A DNA stretch of 64,000 nt from positions 62,501-126,500 of the forward strand of contig CAZKLB010000003.1 in the NCBI GenBank assembly GCA_964553685.1, given 5' to 3'. Every line of letters starts with the position of its first letter. The stretch's first letter is position 1. The notes under the pieces are model-generated. The model searched no databases. It saw only the letters and a list, made by a program, of their open reading frames with translations, and was not told the origin of the DNA. Position numbers and translations under genes: made by a program. Source of the DNA: an uncultured Marinoscillum sp. Its GTDB lineage: Bacteria; Bacteroidota; Bacteroidia; Cytophagales; MED-G16. This document shows, in pieces, positions 42,759 through 52,723 of the stretch.

Positions 42759-43955
42759 ATGCAAAAAGTATCAATGCTGGGCTCAGGATTTATTGGGAGA
42801 TTTTATACTGATTCTTTACATGGCTACAGGAATAAAGATAAAGTTGTATCGGTTTACTCAAGAAGGTTAGAAAGTGCAAAAAAATTTGCAAAAGATTATG
42901 ATGTAAACCATTTCACTACAGAGATGGAGGAATCGATATCTCATAAAGACGTTGATGTAGTATGTATAGCATTACCGAATAACCTTCATGAAAAGGCAGT
43001 TGAATTATGTTGCAAACATAAGAAAGCTGTAATATGTACAAAACCATTGGGAAGGAATGCTAAAGAGGCAAAGAGAATGGTAGAATTAGTAGAAAAGGCA
43101 GGAATTTTTGCTGGATATCTGGAAGACTTATGCTATACCCCTAAGTTTTTAAAAGCTTTAAAAAGTGTACAAAGTGGTAGTCTTGGTGAAATAATTTGGA
43201 CTAAGTCAAGAGAAACCCATCCAGGTCCTCACAGTGATTGGTTCTGGGATATTGAGCAAGCGGGTGGTGGATGCATTCTAGATTTAGGTTGTCACTGTAT
43301 AGAAATTAGTAGAAATTATATTGGAAAAGATATAAAACCAATTGAAGTAATGTGTTGGGGTGATACTCAAGTTAAGCCAATTGATGCTGAAGATCACGCT
43401 ATTGGCTTAGTAAAATATGAAAATGGTGCCATTGGACAATTTGAGGTTAGCTGGACATTTAGAGGTGGCCTAGACCTTAGAGATGAAGTAATGGGAACAG
43501 AAGGAACAATATGGATTAATTCTTTTCTTAGGACTGGATTTGAAATGTTCACTACAGGTAAAGGGAGTGATTATGTTGCAGAGAAGGCCGAATCAGATTC
43601 TGGGTGGATATTTCCAGTTGGAGATGAGTTAAATGAGCTTGGATATAATCATATGTTTACTAATATGTTTGAAGCATTGGAAAAAGGTGAGCAGCCTGCA
43701 GAAACATTCTACGACGGATATATTGTAAATGCAATAATTGATGCTTCTTATAAATCTATAAAATCAAAAAAATGGGAGAAAATAAATTTAGATATTTGGA
43801 GAGGAAAGAATAATGTCAAAAAAATTAATACACTTGAAGATTTTGACGAAAAGTTTTATCTGGTAAAGGAGGAAATAACTCACTATGGTGATAAAAAACT
43901 AATTCTTAAAAGAAAAGAAGATGGTAAAATCATTGAAAAAATAGTTAAAGAGTAA
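42759..43955 (+). CDS. cytoplasmic Gfo/Idh/MocA family oxidoreductase
   Basis: VSMLGSGFIGRFY Rossmann start, the ICTKPLGRN motif (EKP-like), and no signal peptide. Confidence 0.85.
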   Translation: MQKVSMLGSGFIGRFYTDSLHGYRNKDKVVSVYSRRLESAKKFAKDYDVNHFTTEMEESISHKDVDVVCIALPNNLHEKAVELCCKHKKAVICTKPLGRNAKEAKRMVELVEKAGIFAGYLEDLCYTPKFLKALKSVQSGSLGEIIWTKSRETHPGPHSDWFWDIEQAGGGCILDLGCHCIEISRNYIGKDIKPIEVMCWGDTQVKPIDAEDHAIGLVKYENGAIGQFEVSWTFRGGLDLRDEVMGTEGTIWINSFLRTGFEMFTTGKGSDYVAEKAESDSGWIFPVGDELNELGYNHMFTNMFEALEKGEQPAETFYDGYIVNAIIDASYKSIKSKKWEKINLDIWRGKNNVKKINTLEDFDEKFYLVKEEITHYGDKKLILKRKEDGKIIEKIVKE

Positions 43956-45186
43956 ATCTTCTCCTCAATATAATTTTATTCGATTTATTCCTCTTATTAT
44001 ATTTTATTAAACTCTTCATCTGAACTCCAAAAATTTGCGATATTCTCCATAGGTCTTCATCCTCATTTCTTATATAAAATTCAATGTTGGCTTTTCTTTT
44101 TTTCTTTTTCAGATAATAAGGTAAGCCACTCATTAGCTCATGATTCTCATTTATATCATTAAAATTTAGAAATGTATTTTTAGGAATATCATATAATTTA
44201 ATTAGATTATCTATATCATCAGTTTCCTCAACTATTACCGCAGGTATATTATTTAAAATTATCGTTCTTCGAGATAAAACATTTAAAATTTTTTGATCTA
44301 TAGATGATCTATAATTATTTTCAATAAATGACTCAACCTTATTTGATATAGAAGAAGTAATTTTTTTTAGTAAGCTTTCTGTTTGTTCAGGAATCAAAAA
44401 AGAGAAAACCCTGTCAGTTGGTATTTTATCAGAATTAATCCATTTATTTAAATTCATAAATTCATCATCATTAATAGAAAGATTTTTTTTGAGTTCTGAT
44501 ACACTCTTGTAGGAATTATTATTATAAATTGAATAACCAATATCATAATCAGATTTATTAATATGATCTTGAAATGCAATTTTATGTGCTAAAAACTTAA
44601 TTACATACCAATGAGTATTCAAGTCAATAGTCATCCTTTTTGCGCCATATAGTTTAGGGTCGACCAATGCTTTTGCTCCGTTAAGCCCTTGTTGATAAGA
44701 AAGAATAGAAAACATCCAATTTTCAAAAGTATAGTTACTATTTTTAATATATCTACATGCAGCCTTTGTTGATGAAATTATATTTTTTCTCTCGTCTATA
44801 TTACTATTAACTACTAAGTTATAATCCCTTGCTGTCTCAGATTTAAATTGCCAAAACCCGACCGCATTTGAAGAAGATACCGCATCTGAAATCAGTGCAC
44901 TCTCTTGGATAGCAAGATATTTAATGTCCTCTGGCATCCCTTCTTCTTCTATTATTTTCTCAATAAATGGAAAATAAATATTAACCCTATCTAAATAAAT
45001 CTGAAAATATTTATCATTTGCATGAATTGCATCAACTTCATTTTGTATGGTTGTTATGATGTCAGAATCTAAATCTAGAACCATATTATCGAACTCAATC
45101 CTTTGAGGAACTTTTGGGATATTCTGGGAAAATAAAGTTGAGTGAAAGGAGCAAAAAATAAAAATATGAAGAAATAATTTATTCAT
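43945..45186 (-). CDS. lytic transglycosylase with LysM-like C-terminal repeats (MltD-like)
   Basis: Signal peptide, SLT motif LAIQESALISDAVSSSNAVGFWQF, and two or three LysM-like segments. Confidence 0.75.
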   Translation of the reverse strand: MNKLFLHIFIFCSFHSTLFSQNIPKVPQRIEFDNMVLDLDSDIITTIQNEVDAIHANDKYFQIYLDRVNIYFPFIEKIIEEEGMPEDIKYLAIQESALISDAVSSSNAVGFWQFKSETARDYNLVVNSNIDERKNIISSTKAACRYIKNSNYTFENWMFSILSYQQGLNGAKALVDPKLYGAKRMTIDLNTHWYVIKFLAHKIAFQDHINKSDYDIGYSIYNNNSYKSVSELKKNLSINDDEFMNLNKWINSDKIPTDRVFSFLIPEQTESLLKKITSSISNKVESFIENNYRSSIDQKILNVLSRRTIILNNIPAVIVEETDDIDNLIKLYDIPKNTFLNFNDINENHELMSGLPYYLKKKKRKANIEFYIRNEDEDLWRISQIFGVQMKSLIKYNKRNKSNKIILRRRFTL

Positions 45187-45826
45187 TTTTTATAATTAAA
45201 GTAAGTCCATCCCTAACTGGAAGTATTAATTTAGATATTCCTTCAAAGTCATTTACATACCTATTGAATTCATCCATATATTTAGCGATTTTATCATCAT
45301 TAAATTTTTTAATTTGGGTAACCTTCCCACTCCACAATACATTATCAACGATAATAACTCCACCCTTGTTTAGTTTTGGTAAAACAGAATCAAAATAATT
45401 TTTATAATTTTTTTTATCTGCATCAATAAAGATTAAATCAAACTTAAATTTTAGGTTAGGAATAATATCAATCGCATTTCCTAATTTTTGCTCTATCTGA
45501 TTTTTAAAAATTGATTTATTAAAAAAATTTGATACTTTTTCTTTCAATGACTTATCTCTGTCTATTGTAATTAACCTACCTTTTTGATGTAAACCCTCTG
45601 CGAGACATAACGCAGAGTAACCTGTGTAGGTTCCTATTTCTAGTATGTTTTGAGGTCTTACCATTCTTGATACAAAACTTAAAAATCTACCTTGAAGGTG
45701 ACCTGATATCATCCTAGGCTGATGTACTTTAGAAAGAGTATATTTATGAATTTCAGCAAGTAATTCCGACTCTGAATCTGATAAGCTTTCAGCATATTTT
45801 TCAATACTTTTATCTAAAAAATCCAT
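45179..45826 (-). CDS. class I SAM-dependent O-methyltransferase (caffeoyl-CoA OMT / YrrM-like)
   Basis: ILEIGTYTGYSALCLAEGL and DLIFIDADKKNY motifs. Confidence 0.85.
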   Translation of the reverse strand: MDFLDKSIEKYAESLSDSESELLAEIHKYTLSKVHQPRMISGHLQGRFLSFVSRMVRPQNILEIGTYTGYSALCLAEGLHQKGRLITIDRDKSLKEKVSNFFNKSIFKNQIEQKLGNAIDIIPNLKFKFDLIFIDADKKNYKNYFDSVLPKLNKGGVIIVDNVLWSGKVTQIKKFNDDKIAKYMDEFNRYVNDFEGISKLILPVRDGLTLIIKNE

Positions 45827-45884
45827 AAAGAGTAAATTAAAAATTTATTAACAATTAATGTATCTTTAAAAGAAAAATACGACC

Positions 45885-47174
45885 ATGAGATATAAAAGTA
45901 TTGAAAATAAATTATATATAAATAACAGAAAAAAATACTTAAAACATGTAGAAGAAAACTCTATTTCAATATTTGTTTCAAATGATCCAATGCCTACAAA
46001 TGCTGATGAGACTCTTCCTTTTGTTCAAAATACAAACCTATTATACCTCACTGGGATAGATCAAGAAGATACTTATCTTATTCTTGCACCAAATTTTCCT
46101 GATGAAAGAATGAGGGAAATACTTTTTATTAAAGAGACCAGCGAAGAAATTTCAATTTGGGAAGGAAATAAATTATCTAAAGATGAAGCAAGGAAAATTT
46201 CAGGAATTCAAAATGTTATGTGGAACGATGAATTCAATAAAATAATACCACTCATTACTGCTGAATCAAATAATGCTTATCTAGATAAAAATGAACACAT
46301 TAGATCATCAACAAAAGTTGAAACAGCACAAGATAGATTTTTAAAAAATTTTAAATCAAAAAATAATTCTATTAATATTCAAAGGTCGTATCCTATTTTA
46401 TCAAGCTTAAGAATGATTAAAGATAAAGTTGAGATTGACTTAATTAGTCATGCATGTAAAATAACAGAGAAAGGCTTTCGAAGAGTTTTAAAATTTATAA
46501 AACCAGAAGTTAACGAATATGATATTGAAGCTGAATTGATTCATGAATTCATAATAAATAAGTCAAAAGGTTTTGCGTACCAGCCAATCATTGCAACAGG
46601 AATAAATGCATGTTCATTACACTATAATGATAATAACACTATATGTAAAAGTGGGGAATTAGTTTTAATGGATGTCGCTGCAGAATATGCAAATTATAAA
46701 TCTGATATGACAAGAACTGTTCCAATAAATGGAAAGTTTACTAAGAGACAAAGAGAAATTTATAATGCAGTTTTAAATGTAAAAAACGAAGCTACAGATA
46801 TTCTTAGACCAGGAATATCAATTAATGATTACCATAAAGAAGTTGCTAAAATTATGGAAAGTGAATTAATCAAAATCAAACTTATTGATAAAGATGATGT
46901 AAGAAAGCAAGATCCTAGAAACCCACTTTATAAGAAATATTTTATGCATGGAACCTCCCATCACATCGGTTTAGATGTACATGATGTAGGAAATTTTCAT
47001 ATTAATATTAATCCAGGAAATGTTTTCACAGTTGAACCAGGAATATATGTTAGAGAAGAGAAAATAGGTGTACGACTTGAAGATAATGTACTAATAGGTG
47101 AAAAAGAGAATATCAACCTAATGAAGGATATTCCTATACTGATTGAAGAAATCGAAGATATTATGAATAGATAA
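45885..47174 (+). CDS. pepP: Xaa-Pro aminopeptidase (M24B)
   Basis: Creatinase-like N-terminal domain, then metal ligands in MDVAAEYANYKSDMTRT, HGTSHHIGLDVHD and TVEPGIY..E. Confidence 0.85.
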   Translation: MRYKSIENKLYINNRKKYLKHVEENSISIFVSNDPMPTNADETLPFVQNTNLLYLTGIDQEDTYLILAPNFPDERMREILFIKETSEEISIWEGNKLSKDEARKISGIQNVMWNDEFNKIIPLITAESNNAYLDKNEHIRSSTKVETAQDRFLKNFKSKNNSINIQRSYPILSSLRMIKDKVEIDLISHACKITEKGFRRVLKFIKPEVNEYDIEAELIHEFIINKSKGFAYQPIIATGINACSLHYNDNNTICKSGELVLMDVAAEYANYKSDMTRTVPINGKFTKRQREIYNAVLNVKNEATDILRPGISINDYHKEVAKIMESELIKIKLIDKDDVRKQDPRNPLYKKYFMHGTSHHIGLDVHDVGNFHININPGNVFTVEPGIYVREEKIGVRLEDNVLIGEKENINLMKDIPILIEEIEDIMNR

Positions 47175-47189
47175 TAAGTAACTTTATTG

Positions 47190-48026
47190 TTATCCTATGG
47201 ATACTCTTAAAAAGCTTGTTACTGTAAGTTCGGGAGAAAAAGATTCTAAATATCCTTTTACAGATTTCGTATTATCTTTAACAAAGGACTGACTTAATAA
47301 GGTATTTTCTTTAAAAAACTTTTGAAGTTTTCCTTGTGCAATCTTTTCAATAATATTTTCAGGTTTTCCCTCTTTTAATGCCTGTTCTTTACCAATTTCT
47401 ATTTCTTTATCAACAACAGATTTGTCAACTTCATCACTATTTAATGCAATTGGATTCATTGCTGCAATTTGCATTGCAATATCCTTTCCAGCAGTAACAT
47501 AATCAACAGATTCAGTTCCAGATAAGGCAACTAATACTCCAAGTTTATTTCCAGCATGAATATATGGGACAATCTTTTCACCTTCTAAAGATTTAAATTC
47601 TCTTAGTTCTATTTTCTCTCCAATTTTTCCGATTAGATTCACAATATGTTGTTCTACGGAGTTATCATCAATACTTAATTGCAAAATATCATCTATCGAA
47701 TTTAATCGTTTATCAAAAGAAAGATCAAGTATTTTATTGGCTAAACCTTGAAATTCTTCATTTTTTGCAACAAAATCAGTTTCACAGGTAAAAGAAAGAA
47801 TTGATGAGTAATCTTCATTTGGACTTACCTTGTAAATCACTATACCTTCTGAAGTCTCTCTATTTGATCTAGCCTCAGATACTTTCTGACCTTTTTTTCT
47901 AAGGATATCAATCGCTTTTTCAAAGTCTCCTCCTGACTCGACTAGAGCCTTTTTACAATCCATCATACCTGAGCCTGTCTTTTGCCTTAGCTCATTTACC
48001 TCCTTAGCTGTAATATTAACTGACAT
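47190..48026 (-). CDS. tsf: translation elongation factor Ts
   Basis: ITAKEVNELRQKTGSGMMDCKKAL N-terminal UBA-like domain. Confidence 0.95.
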   Translation of the reverse strand: MSVNITAKEVNELRQKTGSGMMDCKKALVESGGDFEKAIDILRKKGQKVSEARSNRETSEGIVIYKVSPNEDYSSILSFTCETDFVAKNEEFQGLANKILDLSFDKRLNSIDDILQLSIDDNSVEQHIVNLIGKIGEKIELREFKSLEGEKIVPYIHAGNKLGVLVALSGTESVDYVTAGKDIAMQIAAMNPIALNSDEVDKSVVDKEIEIGKEQALKEGKPENIIEKIAQGKLQKFFKENTLLSQSFVKDNTKSVKGYLESFSPELTVTSFLRVSIG

Positions 48027-48041
48027 AATTAAAATTTAAGG

Positions 48042-48851
48042 TTATTTTGAAACTTCCTTTTTTGATTCTTTTATTGTTTTTTCAGCCTCTTTCTTAGCTT
48101 TAGCTTCCTTTTCAGCAGCCTCTTTCTCTTGTTTAATTCTTATCTCCTCCTTAATTTTTTCTCTCTCTTTTAAACCCTCTGCTATAGCCTCAGATATGTA
48201 GTCCATAATCAACGAAACAGATGTGAATGAATCATCATTAGATGGTATTTCAAAATCAATTAAACTGGGATCCGAGTTTGTATCAACCATGCCATAGACT
48301 GGTATGTTTAATTTTTTAGCTTCATTTACTGCAATTTCCTCATGTTTGATATCAACAACAAAAAGAGCAGCAGGAATTCTATTTAAAGAAGAAATTCCAC
48401 CTAAAGCACGATCTAACTTATCTTTATCTCTTGACATCATTAACCTTTCTTTCTTAGAAAAATCTGTAGTGTAAGTATCTTGATTTTGTAAATTTTCGAG
48501 AGCAGACAGCTTTTTTAAAGATTTCCTTATTGTAGAAAAATTAGTTAACATACCACCTAACCACCTTTCAGTTACGTAAGGCATGTTAAGTTCTTTTGCT
48601 TTTTCAGACACGTAAGTCTTTGCCTGTTTTTTTGTTGCTACAAACATTATTTTTCTACCAGATTTAGCAATATTTTGAAGTGAAGCAGCAGCAGTGTAAG
48701 CACAATCTATTGTCTTATGAAGATCAATTAAGTGAATACCATTGTTTTCCATGAAAATATATTCAGACATTCTAGGGTTCCATTTTCTTGTTAAATGGCC
48801 GAAGTGTACACCCGCTTTTAATAATTCCTTATGATCTAATTTTTTATTCAT
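48042..48851 (-). CDS. rpsB: 30S ribosomal protein S2
   Basis: ELLKAGVHFGHLTRKWNPRM motif. I take the start at ATG 48851 (MNKKLDHKELL), 4 nt after the rpsI stop, rather than the ORF-track 48917, which would overlap rpsI by 62 nt. Confidence 0.93.
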   Translation of the reverse strand: MNKKLDHKELLKAGVHFGHLTRKWNPRMSEYIFMENNGIHLIDLHKTIDCAYTAAASLQNIAKSGRKIMFVATKKQAKTYVSEKAKELNMPYVTERWLGGMLTNFSTIRKSLKKLSALENLQNQDTYTTDFSKKERLMMSRDKDKLDRALGGISSLNRIPAALFVVDIKHEEIAVNEAKKLNIPVYGMVDTNSDPSLIDFEIPSNDDSFTSVSLIMDYISEAIAEGLKEREKIKEEIRIKQEKEAAEKEAKAKKEAEKTIKESKKEVSK

Positions 48852-48855
48852 CTTT

Positions 48856-49242
48856 TTATCTTTTAACCCACTGGAATGCTCTTCTAGCTTTTCTTCTACC
48901 ATATTTTTTTCTTTCAACCATTCTAGGGTCTCTTGTTAAGAAACCTTCTTTTTTAAGAACTGGCCTGTTTTCTTCGTTATTTTTAACTAAAGCTCTTGAA
49001 ACAGCTAACCTGATAGCTTCGGCTTGACCTTTTAAACCTCCACCATAAATATTGACTTTAAAGTCGAAAGAATTTAGAGCATCAACAGTTTTTAATGGTT
49101 GTTCTACAATAAGTCTCATTAGCTCAGAAGAAAAATACTTATCTAATTCTAGACCATTTATAACAAAAGAACCCTTTCCAGGCTTCATATATAACCTTGC
49201 AACTGATGTTTTTCTTCTACCAACGGTATTTATATATTCCAT
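48856..49242 (-). CDS. rpsI: 30S ribosomal protein S9
   Basis: GRRKTSVARL and the C-terminal RKKYGRRKARRAFQWVKR. Confidence 0.97.
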   Translation of the reverse strand: MEYINTVGRRKTSVARLYMKPGKGSFVINGLELDKYFSSELMRLIVEQPLKTVDALNSFDFKVNIYGGGLKGQAEAIRLAVSRALVKNNEENRPVLKKEGFLTRDPRMVERKKYGRRKARRAFQWVKR

Positions 49243-49243
49243 T

Positions 49244-49690
49244 CTAAACTTTTAACTCTTTTGGTTTTTGTCCTTCATGAGGATGGTTATTGTCTTCATA
49301 AACAAATAAATTCCTAAATAATTGTCTTCCTAATCTATTCTTTGGTAACATACCTTTTACTGCTTTTTCGACAATAAACTTTGATGACTTCCTTTCTTTG
49401 ATTTGAGCAGGAGATGTGATTTTCTGACCACCTGGATACCCACTATGTGTAACATACTTTTTATCTTTCCACTTATTTCCAGTTAGCTTAATATTATCTG
49501 AGTTAATAACGATTACGTAGTCACCACAATCAAGATGGGGTGTAAAAGATGCTTTATTTTTTCCCCTTAGAACTTTTGCTATCTCAGAAGAAAATCTACC
49601 TAAAGTCTTACCATCAGCATCGGCAACAAACCAATTCTTCTGAATTGAATCTTTATTTAAATATTGAGTTCTATAACTTTTTGAATCCAT
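49244..49690 (-). CDS. rplM: 50S ribosomal protein L13
   Basis: WFVADADGKTLGRFSSEIAKVLRGKNK and GMLPKNRLGR motifs. Confidence 0.97.
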   Translation of the reverse strand: MDSKSYRTQYLNKDSIQKNWFVADADGKTLGRFSSEIAKVLRGKNKASFTPHLDCGDYVIVINSDNIKLTGNKWKDKKYVTHSGYPGGQKITSPAQIKERKSSKFIVEKAVKGMLPKNRLGRQLFRNLFVYEDNNHPHEGQKPKELKV

Positions 49691-49708
49691 TAGCTTTTAA
49701 AAAGTGAG

Positions 49709-49739
49709 CAAAAATAGATTTATTAATAAATAAAAACAA
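49709..49739 (-). promoter_or_regulatory. candidate promoter of the rplM-rpsI-rpsB-tsf operon (-33 TTG, 20-nt spacer, -7 TATTTTTG)
   Basis: The plus strand reads CAAAAATA at 49709-49716 and CAA at 49737-49739. The rplM ATG is 18 nt downstream of the box. Confidence 0.5.
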
Positions 49740-49756
49740 TATTTAGCTAGTAAATA

Positions 49757-50857
49757 TTATAGGGAAGCAACTTCTTGTTTTTTAAGTATTTTTCTTAGTG
49801 ATTTCTTCTTCCTTTTTTTATTTGGAGCAAGCTTTAAGTTAAATGAGAATCTAGAACCATGATTTATTTTAGATTTTAGTTTAATTTTTGTTTTATGTCC
49901 CTCGATAATATGTTTTACAATTGCTAAACCTAAACCAGTTCCTCCTTTCTTTTTAGCTCTACTCTTATCAATTCTATAAAATCTTTCAAATACTCTCTTC
50001 CTATGATTTTTTGGTATCCCTATTCCGGAATCTATGACACTAAGGTTAACAACCTTTTTTCTTTTTTCAAGCTGAATTTCAATTTCTGAATTATCTTCAG
50101 AATATTTGATTGCATTACTTAAAAGGTTTTTAAGGACCTGAAATATTCTGTAATAGTCAGCTAAAACAATAAGAGACTTTAAATCCTTTTTGATAATAGA
50201 AATTTTAATATTCTTAGATAAGGATATAGGCTCTATCTGTTCAACGGTTTCCTGAACCAATGATACAATATCAAAAGCCTCCATTTTCATTTTAATCTCA
50301 CCCGTTTCCATTTGTGATATTGTAAGTAAATCTCTAACAAGAAGATCTAAGTAGTCAAGACTTTTTGCTGCTTTTTTTAAAAACTTTTCTCTTATTTCCT
50401 TATCTGCATTAATATTATCTAATAATGTATGTACAAATCCTTGTGCAGAAAATAGTGGTGTTTTTAGCTCATGAGAGACATCCTGTAAAAATTCTCTTCT
50501 AAAAGTCTCAAGCCTCTTAAGCTCGTCAATTTCAAGTTGCTTTAAACTTGCGTAACTATATATTTCTTGGTTAATACCTCTGAGAGGATTAATTTTTCTC
50601 ATGAGACTTGTATCCGATTCTACGGTTTCAAAATCTTTATTCCTTATTTTTTCGAAAGAGCGGTAAATTTCACTTATTTTCTTGTCAAACAGATTTTCAG
50701 TAATTATAGCAAATAGCAGCGTAGAAGATGAAAAGGATATTATTGCTGCTGTCAAGAGGTTAATTCCTTCACTTACTCCAAGTAAAAGAGCAGTTAATGT
50801 TGATATTATACCTACTATTAGACCAAATAATACAGAGACTGCCTTTGAGTTATTCAT
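49757..50857 (-). CDS. sensor histidine kinase (PhoR-like topology: two TM helices with a minimal external loop)
   Basis: H-box FLQDVSHELKTPL, N-box LLSNAIKYS, and G-boxes DSGIGI and GGTGLGLAIV. Confidence 0.85.
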   Translation of the reverse strand: MNNSKAVSVLFGLIVGIISTLTALLLGVSEGINLLTAAIISFSSSTLLFAIITENLFDKKISEIYRSFEKIRNKDFETVESDTSLMRKINPLRGINQEIYSYASLKQLEIDELKRLETFRREFLQDVSHELKTPLFSAQGFVHTLLDNINADKEIREKFLKKAAKSLDYLDLLVRDLLTISQMETGEIKMKMEAFDIVSLVQETVEQIEPISLSKNIKISIIKKDLKSLIVLADYYRIFQVLKNLLSNAIKYSEDNSEIEIQLEKRKKVVNLSVIDSGIGIPKNHRKRVFERFYRIDKSRAKKKGGTGLGLAIVKHIIEGHKTKIKLKSKINHGSRFSFNLKLAPNKKRKKKSLRKILKKQEVASL

Positions 50858-50990
50858 TTAATAAATTTACTTTTAAAATTTTAATTAAAATTAAAACTCT
50901 AAATATTTCAAATTAAAATTCATACTCAACTTTAAAATAATATAAAGTCTATTTGAATAACATAAAGAAAATTTAAGTGAAGCCTAGGAA

Positions 50991-51677
50991 TTAACTTTTA
51001 AATTTATACCCTACTCCCTTTATTGTAGTTATAAAATTCTGACCTATTTTTTCCCTAATCTTTCTAATATGAACATCAACAGTCCTAGCTACAACATGAA
51101 CATCAGCACCCCAAATATTTCTAAGTAAAGATTCTCTACCATGTACTTTTTTAGGATTACTCGCAAGGAAGTATAATAATTCAAATTCCTTCTTAGGAAA
51201 AAAAATTTCTTTATTCTTAAGCTTAACTACATAATTATCTTTATTAATATCAATATCTCCAATTTTTAGGGATTTTGATGAGTTTACTTTAGATGAGGCT
51301 CTCTTATAAAAAGAATTAATTCTGCTCAAAAGTGCCCGAGGTTTTATTGGCTTTGTAATATAATCATCTGCACCAGCATCGAAGGCAGCGACTTCAGAGT
51401 ACTCTTCAGTTCTAGCCGTGAGGAAAAGAATATAGGATGATTTTAGGTGATCAATTTCTCTCAGTTTGATACAGGTCTGTATTCCATCCATCTCAGGCAT
51501 CATTATATCAACTAATATTAAATTAGGATTAATCTTTTGAGCTATTGAAATTCCTTTTTTCCCTGATGATACTGTTTCTACATTATAACCTTCTGACTCT
51601 AGATTGTACTTTAAAAGTAGTAAAATATCTTTGTCATCATCAATAGCTAAAATCTTGAAATCAGATTTTTCTTGCAT
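50991..51677 (-). CDS. OmpR/PhoB family response regulator
   Basis: Receiver domain (ILAIDDD, DIMMPEMDG, LTAR) plus a winged-helix C-terminus ending TIKGVGYKFK. Confidence 0.9.
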   Translation of the reverse strand: MQEKSDFKILAIDDDKDILLLLKYNLESEGYNVETVSSGKKGISIAQKINPNLILVDIMMPEMDGIQTCIKLREIDHLKSSYILFLTARTEEYSEVAAFDAGADDYITKPIKPRALLSRINSFYKRASSKVNSSKSLKIGDIDINKDNYVVKLKNKEIFFPKKEFELLYFLASNPKKVHGRESLLRNIWGADVHVVARTVDVHIRKIREKIGQNFITTIKGVGYKFKS

Positions 51678-51765
51678 ATAGCAATTTATAATTATTATAG
51701 TTATTTACTTTCTAAAATTAGCTGAAATTTTAATTGATAATATTAATTTAAAATATGAATAAAGT

Positions 51766-52596
51766 TTATTTAACATTAGAATAGTCACTGACCTCAATAA
51801 CAAAACTTCCAAAACTCATTTTAGCAAGAAGTTTTAAAGGAACTTTATTTCTATCATCAGAAAGCCAGAACTTAACTGCATCTTCTCCTTCAAACAATTT
51901 ATTCTTTGGAATTAGTGGAGCAAAAACAATTGAATTTATTTCACCAATTTTTGTATCAATCTTTTCTCTGTTAAGAAACTTCATCTGATAACTAAATTTA
52001 TCGTTGTTATCAAAATATGGAATTTCAACCAATTCATTATTAATAATACTTGAATAGTCCAAAGATCTTAAATAAACAATACTCGCAATCCAATAATTCA
52101 TAAAATAAGATCTAATAATTTTCTTAATATCATTTTCAAAGTGCAAGTACTCATAACCAATAAAATCTTTAGTAAACTTATCTAAAATTACAATTTGTAC
52201 ACTATCAGAATCATTTTGAAAATTTAATATTTCATTTTTCCTATACTTTCCTTCCTCTAAATACCTATAAAAACTTTTAGGCTTCAATGAATCTGTTGTG
52301 ATATAAACCCCCCACTCATCTCTGACCCTTGTAAAGAAATCAAATAATCCAATTGATTTGCCTGTTACCTTAACTTTATAAACATCTTTTCCATTATAGG
52401 TATGCTTGAGTGAATCTATAAGCATTGAGGCTTTACCAGCATTAATTATTCCAAAAGAGACCAAAAAATCTATTTTTTCCCCTGGTTGAGGTTCATTTTT
52501 CTGAGATACAGAACTAAAATGAATAAAGAAAAATAAAATAAGGAAGGGTCTTAAAACCAAAAGCTTTTTATTAAAATATAGTAAGTGATGTGGCAA
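51766..52596 (-). CDS. DUF3108 domain protein, exported
   Basis: GEKIDFLVSFGIINAGKASM ... KVTGKSIGLFDFF ... LKPKSFYRYLEEGKYRKNE matches my recollection of the DUF3108 pattern. Confidence 0.65.
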   Translation of the reverse strand: MPHHLLYFNKKLLVLRPFLILFFFIHFSSVSQKNEPQPGEKIDFLVSFGIINAGKASMLIDSLKHTYNGKDVYKVKVTGKSIGLFDFFTRVRDEWGVYITTDSLKPKSFYRYLEEGKYRKNEILNFQNDSDSVQIVILDKFTKDFIGYEYLHFENDIKKIIRSYFMNYWIASIVYLRSLDYSSIINNELVEIPYFDNNDKFSYQMKFLNREKIDTKIGEINSIVFAPLIPKNKLFEGEDAVKFWLSDDRNKVPLKLLAKMSFGSFVIEVSDYSNVK

Positions 52597-52625
52597 AAAT
52601 ATTAAAATATGATAATGTAACTAAC

Positions 52626-52633
52626 TATATTTG
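52626..52633 (+). promoter_or_regulatory. candidate -7 box TATATTTG upstream of recA
   Basis: Exact match, 90 nt before ATG 52724. Confidence 0.3.
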
Positions 52634-52723
52634 AACATCTTTAAGTTAAATTTTATTAAATTTTACTAAAAATATTAGTATAAAAATAAATTACTATTTA
52701 TTTTAGCAAAAAAATAAGAAAAA

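Noticed and set aside
48788-49255. Plus-strand ORFs (48788-49027 and 49052-49255) over the rpsB/rpsI/rplM region
   Set aside because: They are antisense to ribosomal protein genes and are shadow ORFs.
50858-50990. 133-bp gap between the response regulator and histidine kinase genes as a hidden small RNA or small ORF
   Set aside because: The region is extremely AT-rich, with no stable stem or exact promoter box and no ORF of note. It is more likely plain spacer or a weak internal promoter.
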